Numbered from the stretch's first letter, positions 27,352-36,154 are shown. The stretch: 64,000 nt of DNA from a virus (IMGVR_UViG_3300042544_001887); one strand, 5' to 3'. Notes: generated by a model from the sequence alone, not told the origin. Made by a program: numbers and translations.

Positions 27352-27932
27352 TGAGCGATATTTGGGTTATCTCGGATACCCATTTCAATCATGCTAACAT
27401 CTTAACTTTTAAGGACGGCGCCACGGGTAAACTTGTCCGTGGCGATCGTTTTTCGTCTGTAAAAGAAATGGACGAATTTATGATTGAAAGGTGGAATAGC
27501 GTTGTAAAGCCTGGAGACAAAGTTTACCATCTTGGTGATGTTATGTTTGGTGACAGAGAATACTTCCAAAAACTATGGCCTAAACTGCACGGACAAAAGC
27601 GTCTAATTGTTGGTAATCACGACGACATTAAATATTTGAGCAGCGGCGGCTTTTTTGCTAAAGTTCACATGTGGCGTATGTTTCCTGAATTTGGTTTGGT
27701 GTTTAGCCATGTTCCTTTGCACAAAAGTTCACTAAAACGTCACTGGATTAGAAAAGAAGATCATACATTTCTTGGCTACTGGTGGAACCGATATAAAGTA
27801 AGAAATAAGACTATGTTAAATGTGCATGGGCATATTCATCAGAATCCAAGTCCCTGTGGTCCCTATCGTAATATGAGTGTAGAAGCAATTGACTATACTC
27901 CTGTTAATATTGAAGATTTGAGAATCATCTAG
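27351..27932 (+). CDS. calcineurin-like metallophosphoesterase
   Basis: SDTHFNH, GNHDD, GHIH motifs. Confidence 0.65.
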   Translation: MSDIWVISDTHFNHANILTFKDGATGKLVRGDRFSSVKEMDEFMIERWNSVVKPGDKVYHLGDVMFGDREYFQKLWPKLHGQKRLIVGNHDDIKYLSSGGFFAKVHMWRMFPEFGLVFSHVPLHKSSLKRHWIRKEDHTFLGYWWNRYKVRNKTMLNVHGHIHQNPSPCGPYRNMSVEAIDYTPVNIEDLRII

Positions 27933-27954
27933 TATAGAATCAACAAATAAAATC

Positions 27955-27983
27955 TTGACAGATAAAACGTTTTATAGTATAAA
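27955..27983 (+). promoter_or_regulatory. sigma70-like promoter
   Basis: TTGACA-N17-TATAAA. Confidence 0.5.
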
Positions 27984-28036
27984 TACTGTGTAAGCCAGAG
28001 AGGCTCACACTTAACCGCAAAAGGAGTTTTTGCAAA

Positions 28037-29113
28037 ATGAAATATGACGCTCTAGTCTTTATCGGCCGGTTCCAGCCGTTTCACAATGGACACAAGGCAA
28101 TTGTTGATGCCGCCCTTGAACGAGCAAAAGAAGTAATCATTGTAGTTGGTTCTAGCTTTTCTTCAAGGAATATCCGAAATCCTTTTACATTTGATGAACG
28201 CAGACAGATGATTAAAGCTGTGTTCCCGCAGGAGAACGTTAAAGTCGTTCCTGTTAGCGATTACCCGTATGATGATAATAAATGGGTTCATGCTGTGCAA
28301 AACGTAGTTCGCGGTGCGATGCGTTGGAGTGCTGATCCGATTCGAGTTGGCCTTATCGGCCATGAAAAGGACGGATCTAGCTACTACTTGAAAATCTTCA
28401 AGCCGCTAGGTTGGGGTAACGTTAGCGTAAACAACGTCGACGGCGTTAATGCAACAGACATTCGCAATATGTTGTTTGCATCTGCTCCGGATAGTTCAAC
28501 TATTCTTCCAACTATTGTCCATAAAATTTATGAACAATTTGTTCATAAAACTATGAATAAACAGGCAGTAGAAACTATGCACTCACTGATTATAAAAGAT
28601 GGAGTTGTATCACCATGGTTTGAAACGCTGTTCCAAGAATACCAAATGATCAAGAAGTACAAGGAAGCATGGAAAGCTGCTCCATTCCCTCCTACTTTCA
28701 TGACTGTTGATGCTGTTGTTGTTCAAAGCGGACACATCCTTCTTGTGAAACGTGGCGACATGCCTGGTAAAGGTCTTTGGGCTTTGCCCGGTGGGTTCCT
28801 TAATCAAGGTGAAACAATGCTTGACGGTGCCATTCGTGAACTCAAAGAAGAAACTAAAATCAAAGTTGCTGTGCCTGTACTAAAGGGTTCTATTAAAGCG
28901 TTTAACACTTTTGATGCACCTAACCGCAGCCAGCGTGGACGTACTATTACACAGGCGTTCTACATTGACCTTGGCTTTGCAGAAGAACTTCCTAAAGTAA
29001 AAGGCAGCGACGATGCAGAAAAAGCGTTTTGGGTTCCGTTTCACAAAGTGAAACAAGAACTTATGTTCGAAGATCACTTTCATATTATCGACCATTTTGT
29101 TAACATTGGGTAA
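28037..29113 (+). CDS. nadM: bifunctional NMN adenylyltransferase / Nudix hydrolase (NadM-Nudix type)
   Basis: N-terminal GRFQPFHNGH (HxGH) nucleotidyltransferase motif; C-terminal Nudix box GGFLNQGETMLDGAIRELKEETKI. Confidence 0.85.
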   Translation: MKYDALVFIGRFQPFHNGHKAIVDAALERAKEVIIVVGSSFSSRNIRNPFTFDERRQMIKAVFPQENVKVVPVSDYPYDDNKWVHAVQNVVRGAMRWSADPIRVGLIGHEKDGSSYYLKIFKPLGWGNVSVNNVDGVNATDIRNMLFASAPDSSTILPTIVHKIYEQFVHKTMNKQAVETMHSLIIKDGVVSPWFETLFQEYQMIKKYKEAWKAAPFPPTFMTVDAVVVQSGHILLVKRGDMPGKGLWALPGGFLNQGETMLDGAIRELKEETKIKVAVPVLKGSIKAFNTFDAPNRSQRGRTITQAFYIDLGFAEELPKVKGSDDAEKAFWVPFHKVKQELMFEDHFHIIDHFVNIG

Positions 29114-29117
29114 AACT

Positions 29118-29411
29118 ATGAGAATTATTGAACCTGGTAAAGTCGGCAAAACGTGGACCATTAAACACCGTTGCACCGGTTGGGGGAATAGCGACAATGG
29201 TTGCGAAGCACTTCTTGAACTGGAATTCGACGATCTTAGATTTTACGAAGGTCAAGAATTTCCTTGGCGAGTTAGCGAACCTGCTGTATGTTTTAAGTGT
29301 CCGTGCTGCGGAAAAATTACTGACCTTGGGCTAAATGATTGGCCCACAGGTTACCGAAATCTTGAACGGTGGTCTAGTGAATGGTGTGATGCCAGACCTG
29401 ACGCTGCTTAA
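29118..29411 (+). CDS. Zn-ribbon hypothetical protein
   Basis: HRCTGWGNSDNGC ... CFKCPCCG. Confidence 0.4.
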   Translation: MRIIEPGKVGKTWTIKHRCTGWGNSDNGCEALLELEFDDLRFYEGQEFPWRVSEPAVCFKCPCCGKITDLGLNDWPTGYRNLERWSSEWCDARPDAA

Positions 29412-29463
29412 GAAAAAGTCCAACTCAGAGAGAGTTGGCATTAACGTTTAGAGGAGTTCTAAA

Positions 29464-30918
29464 ATGACAAACGTACTAAATCTACTAACTGCTATTATTC
29501 GCACTGACAGCTATAAGCTGAGCCAGTGGCTACAATATCCAAAGGACACTGTCCGTATTAGTTCATACATCGAAAGTCGTGGTGGCGAAGACGAATCGGT
29601 ATTCTTTGGTCTACAAGCGTTCATTAAACAGTATATGATGACACCGATTACTGTAGCAGATATCAATCGTGCTGAACTTATTGTAAAAGCACACGGACTG
29701 CCTTTCAACAGAGAAGGTTGGGAAATCATCGTCAAAGAATACGGCGGCATTCTGCCGTTGGAAATCGAAGCTGTTCCTGAAGGTACCGTTATGGAGACCC
29801 ATAACGTGCAAGTGCAGATTGTTAATACCGATCCACGCTTGTTCTGGTTGACCTCATATGTTGAAACTGCAATGCTTCGCGGCATTTGGTATCCTTCAAC
29901 TGTTGCTACAAAGAGCCGTAAAATGAAGAAACTCATTGCTGCTGCTCTTGAACTAACTAGCGACGTTCCTGTTAACGATCAAATCATGTTCAAGCTACAC
30001 GACTTTGGTGCTCGTGGTGCAAGTTCTTCTGAAACTGCAATGCTTGGTGGTATGGGTCACCTTGTTAACTTTATGGGTACTGACACTGTGGAAGCACTTG
30101 TTGGTGCAATGGAATATTACAACACAGACTCTGTACCTGGGTTTAGTATTCCTGCTAGTGAACACTCAACAATCACTAGCTGGGGTGGTCCTGCTGGAGA
30201 AGTTGTAGCATTTGAAAACATGATCAATACATTTGCCGGTCCCGGTAAACTGTATGCTTGTGTTAGCGACAGCTACGACATTTACTCTGCCGCACGTGAC
30301 TTGTGGGGCGGCGTTCTAAAAGAAAAAGTCATTGCTGCCGGCGGCACCTTGGTGGTACGTCCGGACTCAGGTGATCCTACTACAGTTCCGATTGAAGTTA
30401 TTGGCATCCTTATGGATCGCTTTGGATACACTGTTAACAGCAAAGGCTACCGAGTACTTCCTCCTTACATCCGTCTAATCCAAGGAGATGGTATCAACGA
30501 AAAAACTTTGCCTAAGATCTTGTCAAACATGGTTGAAGCAGGTTACAGCATTGATAACATTGCATTTGGTATGGGCGGTGGCTTGCTACAAGCGTGGAAC
30601 CGTGATACACTCAAGTATGCTATGAAAGCTAGTGCTAGACAGGATACTGAGGGTGTATGGCACGATGTCTTTAAAGATCCGATCTCAGACCGCGGCAAAG
30701 TGTCTAAAAAAGGTCGTCTTGGATTAGTTTATGAGTGCGGGATTGGAAACTGCGGTTATAGAACTCTTCCAAAGTCGGTTGCTGACAAAAAAGGCAACCT
30801 ACTGAGAACTGTATATCGCAACGGTGAACTCTTAATTGAGGACACTTTTGAAAATATTCGCAATCGTGCAAAACTTAAAGTGGAGGAATACACTCATGAT
30901 GTCGTTGAAAGATATTGA
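29464..30918 (+). CDS. nadV: nicotinamide phosphoribosyltransferase (NAMPT/NadV)
   Basis: N-terminal TDSYK motif, 484 aa, NAPRTase-family signatures. Confidence 0.9.
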   Translation: MTNVLNLLTAIIRTDSYKLSQWLQYPKDTVRISSYIESRGGEDESVFFGLQAFIKQYMMTPITVADINRAELIVKAHGLPFNREGWEIIVKEYGGILPLEIEAVPEGTVMETHNVQVQIVNTDPRLFWLTSYVETAMLRGIWYPSTVATKSRKMKKLIAAALELTSDVPVNDQIMFKLHDFGARGASSSETAMLGGMGHLVNFMGTDTVEALVGAMEYYNTDSVPGFSIPASEHSTITSWGGPAGEVVAFENMINTFAGPGKLYACVSDSYDIYSAARDLWGGVLKEKVIAAGGTLVVRPDSGDPTTVPIEVIGILMDRFGYTVNSKGYRVLPPYIRLIQGDGINEKTLPKILSNMVEAGYSIDNIAFGMGGGLLQAWNRDTLKYAMKASARQDTEGVWHDVFKDPISDRGKVSKKGRLGLVYECGIGNCGYRTLPKSVADKKGNLLRTVYRNGELLIEDTFENIRNRAKLKVEEYTHDVVERY

Positions 30919-31045
30919 AATTGTCCAAATGATGGCAATGGCGTGGAAAATGAACGATGAGCGTAACAAACGCTTAGAAGCAGAAAAACGCCTCAATAAC
31001 ACAGACTATCGTGTTAAAATCATCGACGATGCAGTACAAGAATAA
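30896..31045 (+). CDS. small hypothetical protein (49 aa)
   Basis: GGAGGA RBS; immediately followed by terminator. Confidence 0.35.
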   Translation: MMSLKDIEIVQMMAMAWKMNDERNKRLEAEKRLNNTDYRVKIIDDAVQE

Positions 31046-31069
31046 AAAGGGCCTTCGGGCCCTTTTTTA
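31044..31069 (+). terminator. intrinsic terminator
   Basis: aagggcc-ttcg-ggccctt then TTTTTT. Confidence 0.7.
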
Positions 31070-31073
31070 CTGG

Positions 31074-31102
31074 TTGACTCTGCTCTCAAGAGTCGCTATA
31101 TT
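31074..31102 (+). promoter_or_regulatory. sigma70-like promoter
   Basis: TTGACT-N17-TATATT. Confidence 0.55.
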
Positions 31103-31128
31103 CTAATACATAGAGCAAGGAGATACAA

Positions 31129-31278
31129 ATGCTTGATATTCTAGTTTACTACGTACTTCCTAACGTTGCTATGTTTGGCGGACTTTATCTTATTGCCAAA
31201 TACATTGAAAACTCTGCTTGGTATTTTATTGAAAACTACGAAGAGATTCAACAAAAGCTTAAATCTTATCTTAACTAA
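31129..31278 (+). CDS. small membrane protein (49 aa)
   Basis: AAGGAGATACAAATG RBS; hydrophobic core. Confidence 0.45.
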   Translation: MLDILVYYVLPNVAMFGGLYLIAKYIENSAWYFIENYEEIQQKLKSYLN

Positions 31279-31300
31279 ACCGTAACAAAAGGAGAAATAT

Positions 31301-32719
31301 ATGTTCGGTATTTTTGTAGGAGTTCTACTTCTGCTTGGTGCATCTGCACTAATGTTTGTTCCTCTAGATCCAGCACTTAGTAAATTGAAGATGATTGGTT
31401 CTACAGTGATGATTGTTCTAGCTGGTATTTTTAGCCTCGGTGGTGCCGTTGGTTATAACGATGCTGGCTTCTGCCAACACGTTCGTACTATCTTTGGTAA
31501 TGAAACTGCAACCTGTGAGACCGGTTGGTATTTTGCCGGTTGGGGAACCAGCACTGCATGGCCGCACTATATCACTGTAGCACACACACTTGATGCAACT
31601 GGTGAAAATGCAGGCACTGTGTTCCAGGGATCGATTGCAGAACCTTACCGTGTTCGACTTGCAGACAACTGGACCGGTGATGTAACTCAAACTACTCGCT
31701 TTGGTATTCCGCAAGATACTGCACAGTTTCTTGAAATGGCACGAACTTTCCGCACACCTGAGCGACTGATCAATACTACTCTAAAGCCTGCTGTTACTGC
31801 TAGTCTTGACTCAGTGAGTAACATGTTTACTATGGAAGAATACTACAGTGGCGGTAAGCGTGACCAATTCAAGAGCGAGTTTAAGGATGCTATTGAAAAA
31901 GGTCGTGCCCAAGTTCGCCAAATTAGCCTTAACCAAGCAGGTGGCGTAATTCGAAATCGTGTTGCTGCTAGTGATAGTGATGCTGCACAAGACACCAGTG
32001 AAGTCGGTGACACTGAAGTTCGCAAAGTGCTAATGGAAAAAATTACAGATGCCAGTGGCAATGATGTTCGCACACCGCATGACTTTACTGAAATTGGCGT
32101 TACTGTAGCAAGTGCTATTCTTGAAAACATCGATCCCGATGACGAATACGAACGTCAAATCGGCGAACGTAAAAAAGCCGCAAGCCGTCGAGTTGTAGCA
32201 CGTGAACAGCGACTTGAACAGGAAGAACAGCGTCTACTTGCTATCCAACAAGGTGAAACCGACATTGCCAAGCGTCAAGCAGAAGCAAAGGTTAACCAAA
32301 TTGAACAAACTACCAATGCCGAAACAACCAAGAAACTGGCTCTGATTGAAGCAGAACGTGTAAAGGAAGAAGCTGAAATTGCTCGCCAGACTGCCGCAAT
32401 TAACCTTGAACGAGCTCGTATTGATGCTGAGGCTGTAACTGTTGCTGCTGATGCTGAAGCCTACGCAAAAGAAGCAATTCTTACTGCTGACGGTGCTCTT
32501 GCACAGAAGCTAGAAGCGTGGGTTGCTGCACAACGAGTTTGGGCTGATGCTGCAAGTAAGATCAATGTTCCTGCTACTGTGATTGCAGGCGGTGGTGACG
32601 GTGGTACTGCTGGTAATGCTCTTGGCACTGTAGACCAGTTCATGCAGATGCTGATGATCAAGACTGCAAAAGATCTGCAAGTTGATCCAACTATTGCTGC
32701 TACTCCTGTAAAGCAGTAA
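31301..32719 (+). CDS. SPFH/band-7 (HflK/C-stomatin-like) membrane protein
   Basis: N-terminal TM segments, central SPFH-like region, long Ala/Glu-rich coiled coil; AAGGAGAAATATATG RBS. Confidence 0.5.
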   Translation: MFGIFVGVLLLLGASALMFVPLDPALSKLKMIGSTVMIVLAGIFSLGGAVGYNDAGFCQHVRTIFGNETATCETGWYFAGWGTSTAWPHYITVAHTLDATGENAGTVFQGSIAEPYRVRLADNWTGDVTQTTRFGIPQDTAQFLEMARTFRTPERLINTTLKPAVTASLDSVSNMFTMEEYYSGGKRDQFKSEFKDAIEKGRAQVRQISLNQAGGVIRNRVAASDSDAAQDTSEVGDTEVRKVLMEKITDASGNDVRTPHDFTEIGVTVASAILENIDPDDEYERQIGERKKAASRRVVAREQRLEQEEQRLLAIQQGETDIAKRQAEAKVNQIEQTTNAETTKKLALIEAERVKEEAEIARQTAAINLERARIDAEAVTVAADAEAYAKEAILTADGALAQKLEAWVAAQRVWADAASKINVPATVIAGGGDGGTAGNALGTVDQFMQMLMIKTAKDLQVDPTIAATPVKQ

Positions 32720-32730
32720 AACGAAACATT

Positions 32731-32754
32731 AAAAGGGCCCATTGGGCCCTTTTA
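32731..32754 (+). terminator. intrinsic terminator
   Basis: aagggccc-att-gggccctt then TTTT. Confidence 0.65.
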
Positions 32755-32756
32755 GT

Positions 32757-32785
32757 TTGACTACTCAAGCCAAGTATGCTACAGT
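32757..32785 (+). promoter_or_regulatory. sigma70-like promoter
   Basis: TTGACT-N17-TGcTACAGT. Confidence 0.4.
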
Positions 32786-32803
32786 TAATTATAGGAGGAT
32801 GCT

Positions 32804-33157
32804 ATGGCTAAAAGAAGACTTATTATTAGAGAATCAGACTTTGAAAAGTTTTCAAAGTCTTTAAAAAAAGACTATCAGTCTGTTTCTTTTACTCCATTGA
32901 CTAAACAATATTTTGAAAAAAGAGCAACATACTTTGCACTAAAGTCTAAACAGTATCTTGCAGATCAGTATGCACATTACGAATATCCTGCAAATATGCT
33001 AGGAAGGCTAACTGGATTTAATTTGCATAACAGACAATACCCTTTTTGGCTGGTCAAATACAATGAAGCAGGACACATGGTTATACGTGCAGGACTTAGA
33101 CAGCCAGAATCGAACCTTGGATTTGTTACGCTTGTTGATAAAGAGAAAAGTAAATGA
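32804..33157 (+). CDS. hypothetical protein
   Basis: AGGAGGATG RBS. Confidence 0.45.
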   Translation: MAKRRLIIRESDFEKFSKSLKKDYQSVSFTPLTKQYFEKRATYFALKSKQYLADQYAHYEYPANMLGRLTGFNLHNRQYPFWLVKYNEAGHMVIRAGLRQPESNLGFVTLVDKEKSK

Positions 33158-33378
33158 GAGAATACAGACTTAGGAAATTTCAAGCAACAGATGATGAAAC
33201 GCAATCTCGTATGGTTTTTTCTAAGTTTTATAAAGCAACAGAGATTGCTATGAAAGTAGCACAAGAAGATGCCGGAAACGATACTGTTTTGCAATGGACA
33301 GAAACTTCAAAAGATTTTCTCGAAAGCCAAACAACTTCTACTACATACGATATAAAAACTATTACACTTGAGGAATGA
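33154..33378 (+). CDS. hypothetical protein
   Basis: 74 aa. Confidence 0.4.
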   Translation: MREYRLRKFQATDDETQSRMVFSKFYKATEIAMKVAQEDAGNDTVLQWTETSKDFLESQTTSTTYDIKTITLEE

Positions 33379-33766
33379 CATGAAATTTTCTTCTGAACTA
33401 ATCTACTCTGCTGTTAACTTTGTGCAAATTGCTAACAAGGAACTTGGCAACATTGCAGATGAAAAGATCGAAGCAATGTTTGATGCGTTTGACCCTGCAC
33501 TGCGTAGGCAGATTCTTATGCACATGATCAAAGGAGATATTACAGGTCCTATCAGTATTCGTTTTGATCATTCAGCTAAAATGCCAAACAAGATTCAAGC
33601 AATCAAAGCAGTTCGTTGGATTTCGGGCATGGGACTCAAAGAAGCTAAAGAGTTTGTCGAAGAAGCAGAAGCCGGAAAGGTTGCTACTATTGTTGGTAAC
33701 TTCGATGTTAAACAACGTAGGCAGTTTTCTCTTGAACTTGCTAACACAGGCTACGAGGTAGTATGA
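33368..33766 (+). CDS. hypothetical protein
   Basis: 132 aa. Confidence 0.45.
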   Translation: MRNDMKFSSELIYSAVNFVQIANKELGNIADEKIEAMFDAFDPALRRQILMHMIKGDITGPISIRFDHSAKMPNKIQAIKAVRWISGMGLKEAKEFVEEAEAGKVATIVGNFDVKQRRQFSLELANTGYEVV

Positions 33767-34005
33767 GTATGAAGTGGAAAACCAAGCACGAACCGAGACA
33801 ATGGGAAAAACGCATAGTAACATACTTTGCATTTCTTCCTACTAAACTAGACGACGGTTATACTGTGTGGCTACAATCGTATTGGGCAGTTGAGTCATGG
33901 GATGATGGCACTACCAGCATAGGGTTTGGATACTGGAAAACAAAGCACACTAGTTCAACACACCCTGACCGACCTAACACTGGCTCACCTGTAAGACGAC
34001 CATAA
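33763..34005 (+). CDS. hypothetical Trp-rich protein
   Basis: 80 aa. Confidence 0.4.
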   Translation: MSMKWKTKHEPRQWEKRIVTYFAFLPTKLDDGYTVWLQSYWAVESWDDGTTSIGFGYWKTKHTSSTHPDRPNTGSPVRRP

Positions 34006-34043
34006 AATGATTAAACTACAAATTCAAACAAAGGAAAAAAGAA

Positions 34044-34241
34044 TTGTCTGAACAAACTATGAGCGAATTAGAAGAAATGATCGTGGAAGACATGCGTGAA
34101 TGGGTAACTGTTAAGTTACTAAACGGTGAAGACATGTTTGTACACCTTGACGAAATTAGTATTAACGAAGGCGAAGATGCCTATCAAAAAAAACTAAAAG
34201 AATTTACCGATATTTACTGGCGTGATCATTTGTGGCCATAA
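34044..34241 (+). CDS. small acidic protein
   Basis: 65 aa. Confidence 0.4.
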   Translation: MSEQTMSELEEMIVEDMREWVTVKLLNGEDMFVHLDEISINEGEDAYQKKLKEFTDIYWRDHLWP

Positions 34242-34250
34242 ATATCAGAC

Positions 34251-34340
34251 GGAGAGTTGGTTGAGCGGCCGATAACACTCGTCTACTAAACGAGCAGGGG
34301 GTAATGCCCCTCGTGGGTTCGAATCCCACACTCTCCGCCA
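34251..34340 (+). tRNA. tRNA-Ser, type II, apparent anticodon ACT (A34)
   Basis: acceptor ggagagt/actctcc, anticodon stem ctcgt/acgag with loop ctACTaa, long variable arm, T-loop ttcgaat, CCA. Confidence 0.6.
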
Positions 34341-34357
34341 AAAATATAAATACTTAC

Positions 34358-34729
34358 ATGCTAATAAATGAAATTTTTACCGGGTATACATTAAAAGACT
34401 GGACAACTGTTGAATTGCTGGAAAGTTCTGGTAATTGGATGACCACTCAAACGACTGCATATAAAAAAGGATTAAAATTCTATTCAAAAAATGCAGTCGT
34501 TATGAACAGTTTAAGTGAATTGCTTGGGTTTATACAGCAACATACGTCACCACCGCCAACTGATTCTTATCCTCCAAAATTTAATGTACACATGATTCCA
34601 AAACATAAATATTATTCCAGAGAACTTTGGTCACATCTAAAAGGACAAAATATTGGACTATTGTTTAGTGTTGAACCAGGAGTTATAAATTTAAGATGTA
34701 TAGGAACACATGACGGATGCGGTATTTAA
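34358..34729 (+). CDS. hypothetical protein
   Basis: track ORF start lies inside tRNA; first ATG after tRNA used. Confidence 0.4.
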   Translation: MLINEIFTGYTLKDWTTVELLESSGNWMTTQTTAYKKGLKFYSKNAVVMNSLSELLGFIQQHTSPPPTDSYPPKFNVHMIPKHKYYSRELWSHLKGQNIGLLFSVEPGVINLRCIGTHDGCGI

Positions 34730-34737
34730 AAAATATA

Positions 34738-34766
34738 TTGACACACATCTCTAACTATGTTACTAC
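34738..34766 (+). promoter_or_regulatory. possible sigma70 promoter
   Basis: TTGACA-N17-TACTAC. Confidence 0.3.
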
Positions 34767-34797
34767 AGTAATAACAAAACTAGTAGGAGCAAAGACA

Positions 34798-34917
34798 GTG
34801 TACAACGAAAGTGATATGACTAACATTGAAACTGTTCAATCGCTTGAAAAGCATCTCGAAGAAATTGCAGTTGAAAAACCAAAACCGAGACGCGGCAGAC
34901 CGAAAAAAGATAAATAA
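34798..34917 (+). CDS. small AT-hook-like DNA-binding protein
   Basis: GTG start after TAGGAG RBS; C-terminal PRRGRPKK. Confidence 0.3.
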   Translation: MYNESDMTNIETVQSLEKHLEEIAVEKPKPRRGRPKKDK

Positions 34918-35067
34918 AAGATAAATAAAATAAAGAGGAAAAGACTTTCTATGAACTTAACGAGTGCATCATCGCTAGTATGGACAAACGGATTACAAAA
35001 TCCGGGCAATGATCTATGCTCGGAGGGTTATGGAAACGGTTAACAATGAGTTAACAAAAAATTCCAA

Positions 35068-35103
35068 AAACCCTCCAAGCAAGAAGCTTAGGAGGGTTTT
35101 TTA
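35068..35103 (+). terminator. intrinsic terminator
   Basis: ccctcc...ggaggg stem then TTTTTT. Confidence 0.65.
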
Positions 35104-35105
35104 AT

Positions 35106-35240
35106 ATGAACACGAAAGTTTTAAGAGACTATAAGGCACTACTAAAAGACTACAACGAAGGCAAAATTAGTTACAAAGAATTTGTTGATCAAACACTTCC
35201 GCTGTGGAATAAATTAAACAACTTGTTCGAAAAAGATTAA
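35106..35240 (+). CDS. small hypothetical protein (44 aa)
   Basis: ATG 9 nt after the terminator 3' arm (TAGGAGGG) which doubles as RBS. Confidence 0.35.
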   Translation: MNTKVLRDYKALLKDYNEGKISYKEFVDQTLPLWNKLNNLFEKD

Positions 35241-35248
35241 AAAAGCAG

Positions 35249-35277
35249 TTGACATAGAGTAAAACATACACTATATT
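35249..35277 (+). promoter_or_regulatory. strong sigma70 consensus promoter (tRNA operon)
   Basis: TTGACA-N17-TATATT. Confidence 0.6.
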
Positions 35278-35316
35278 AACTAAACAAACAAAAAATAAAA
35301 CGTAACGCAAGTTACA

Positions 35317-35329
35317 CGCTCTTTGACAA
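35317..35329 (+). promoter_or_regulatory. boxA-like antitermination element
   Basis: CGCTCTTTGACAA vs E. coli rrn boxA TGCTCTTTAACAA. Confidence 0.45.
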
Positions 35330-35414
35330 TTTAGATTTGTTGTTTACATCGTAAGATGTAGTAAACAACGCTCACTTAGACGCAAGTCGATAATAGTGGG
35401 GGTAAGTAGAGAAT

Positions 35415-35466
35415 GACTCTACTTACACGTATTAACTGGTAGCTGGTTCGATTCCGGCGTAGAGTC
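35415..35466 (+). ncRNA. truncated tRNA-like hairpin RNA
   Basis: 7-bp acceptor-like stem gactcta/tagagtc plus ctgg-ttcgatt-ccgg T-arm, no D/anticodon arms. Confidence 0.25.
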
Positions 35467-35823
35467 TAGGTGACTATGAAAGGTTTGATTCCTTTGTACT
35501 ACTGGTGTAGCAAATTGGACGACAGTCCGCCAAGTTAGTACGTGTAAGTAGAGTCGAGCAATTGAATTATTCGATGCTGTGAAGTATTTCTAACAGCATT
35601 TGATGATTGTGCCATGTGGTAAAAAGATTGCTTACAGCTAGAAAAAAGCTGACTACAATAATACACGGTAATAGAAAAGACCAAATCTTTTTTAACATCG
35701 TGTATTTATAGAAAAAACTAGTGCAGGAGGATAACTCTGTAAGTCACAAGAACAACGGTGCCGCATGACTCAATTGCGGTTAAATTACCCGAGTAGTGCC
35801 GGGCAGAGCCAAACACACAATGT

Positions 35824-35899
35824 TCCTCGTTAGCTCAGTTGGTAGAGTATTTGACTGTTAATCAAAGTGTCGCTGGTTCGAGCCCAGCACGAGGAGCCA
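35824..35899 (+). tRNA. tRNA-Asn (GTT)
   Basis: acceptor tcctcgt/acgagga, loop ctGTTaa, CCA. Confidence 0.7.
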
Positions 35900-35966
35900 A
35901 AATTGAGAAGGGGATAAACACGGCAGTCTCATTGCGTAGCAACGGTGCCCTTTCTTTTAGAATAAT

Positions 35967-36043
35967 GCATCGGTATAGCTCAGCTGGTAGAGCAGCGGTC
36001 TCCAAAACCGCGTGTCCTGGGTTCGAATCCTAGTGCCGGTGCC
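35967..36043 (+). tRNA. tRNA-Trp (CCA)
   Basis: acceptor gcatcgg/ccggtgc, loop ctCCAaa, T-loop gttcgaatc; 3' CCA not encoded. Confidence 0.6.
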
Positions 36044-36051
36044 AAAAATAC

Positions 36052-36143
36052 GGATTGATGGGTGAGAGGCTTAAACCAGCAGATTGCTAATCTGTCGTAC
36101 CTTGTAAAGGGTACCGAGGGTTCGAATCCCTCTCGATCCGCCA
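36052..36143 (+). tRNA. tRNA-Ser (GCT), type II
   Basis: acceptor ggattga/tcgatcc, loop ttGCTaa, long variable arm, T-loop ttcgaat, CCA. Confidence 0.65.
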
Positions 36144-36154
36144 GAATAAGATAC

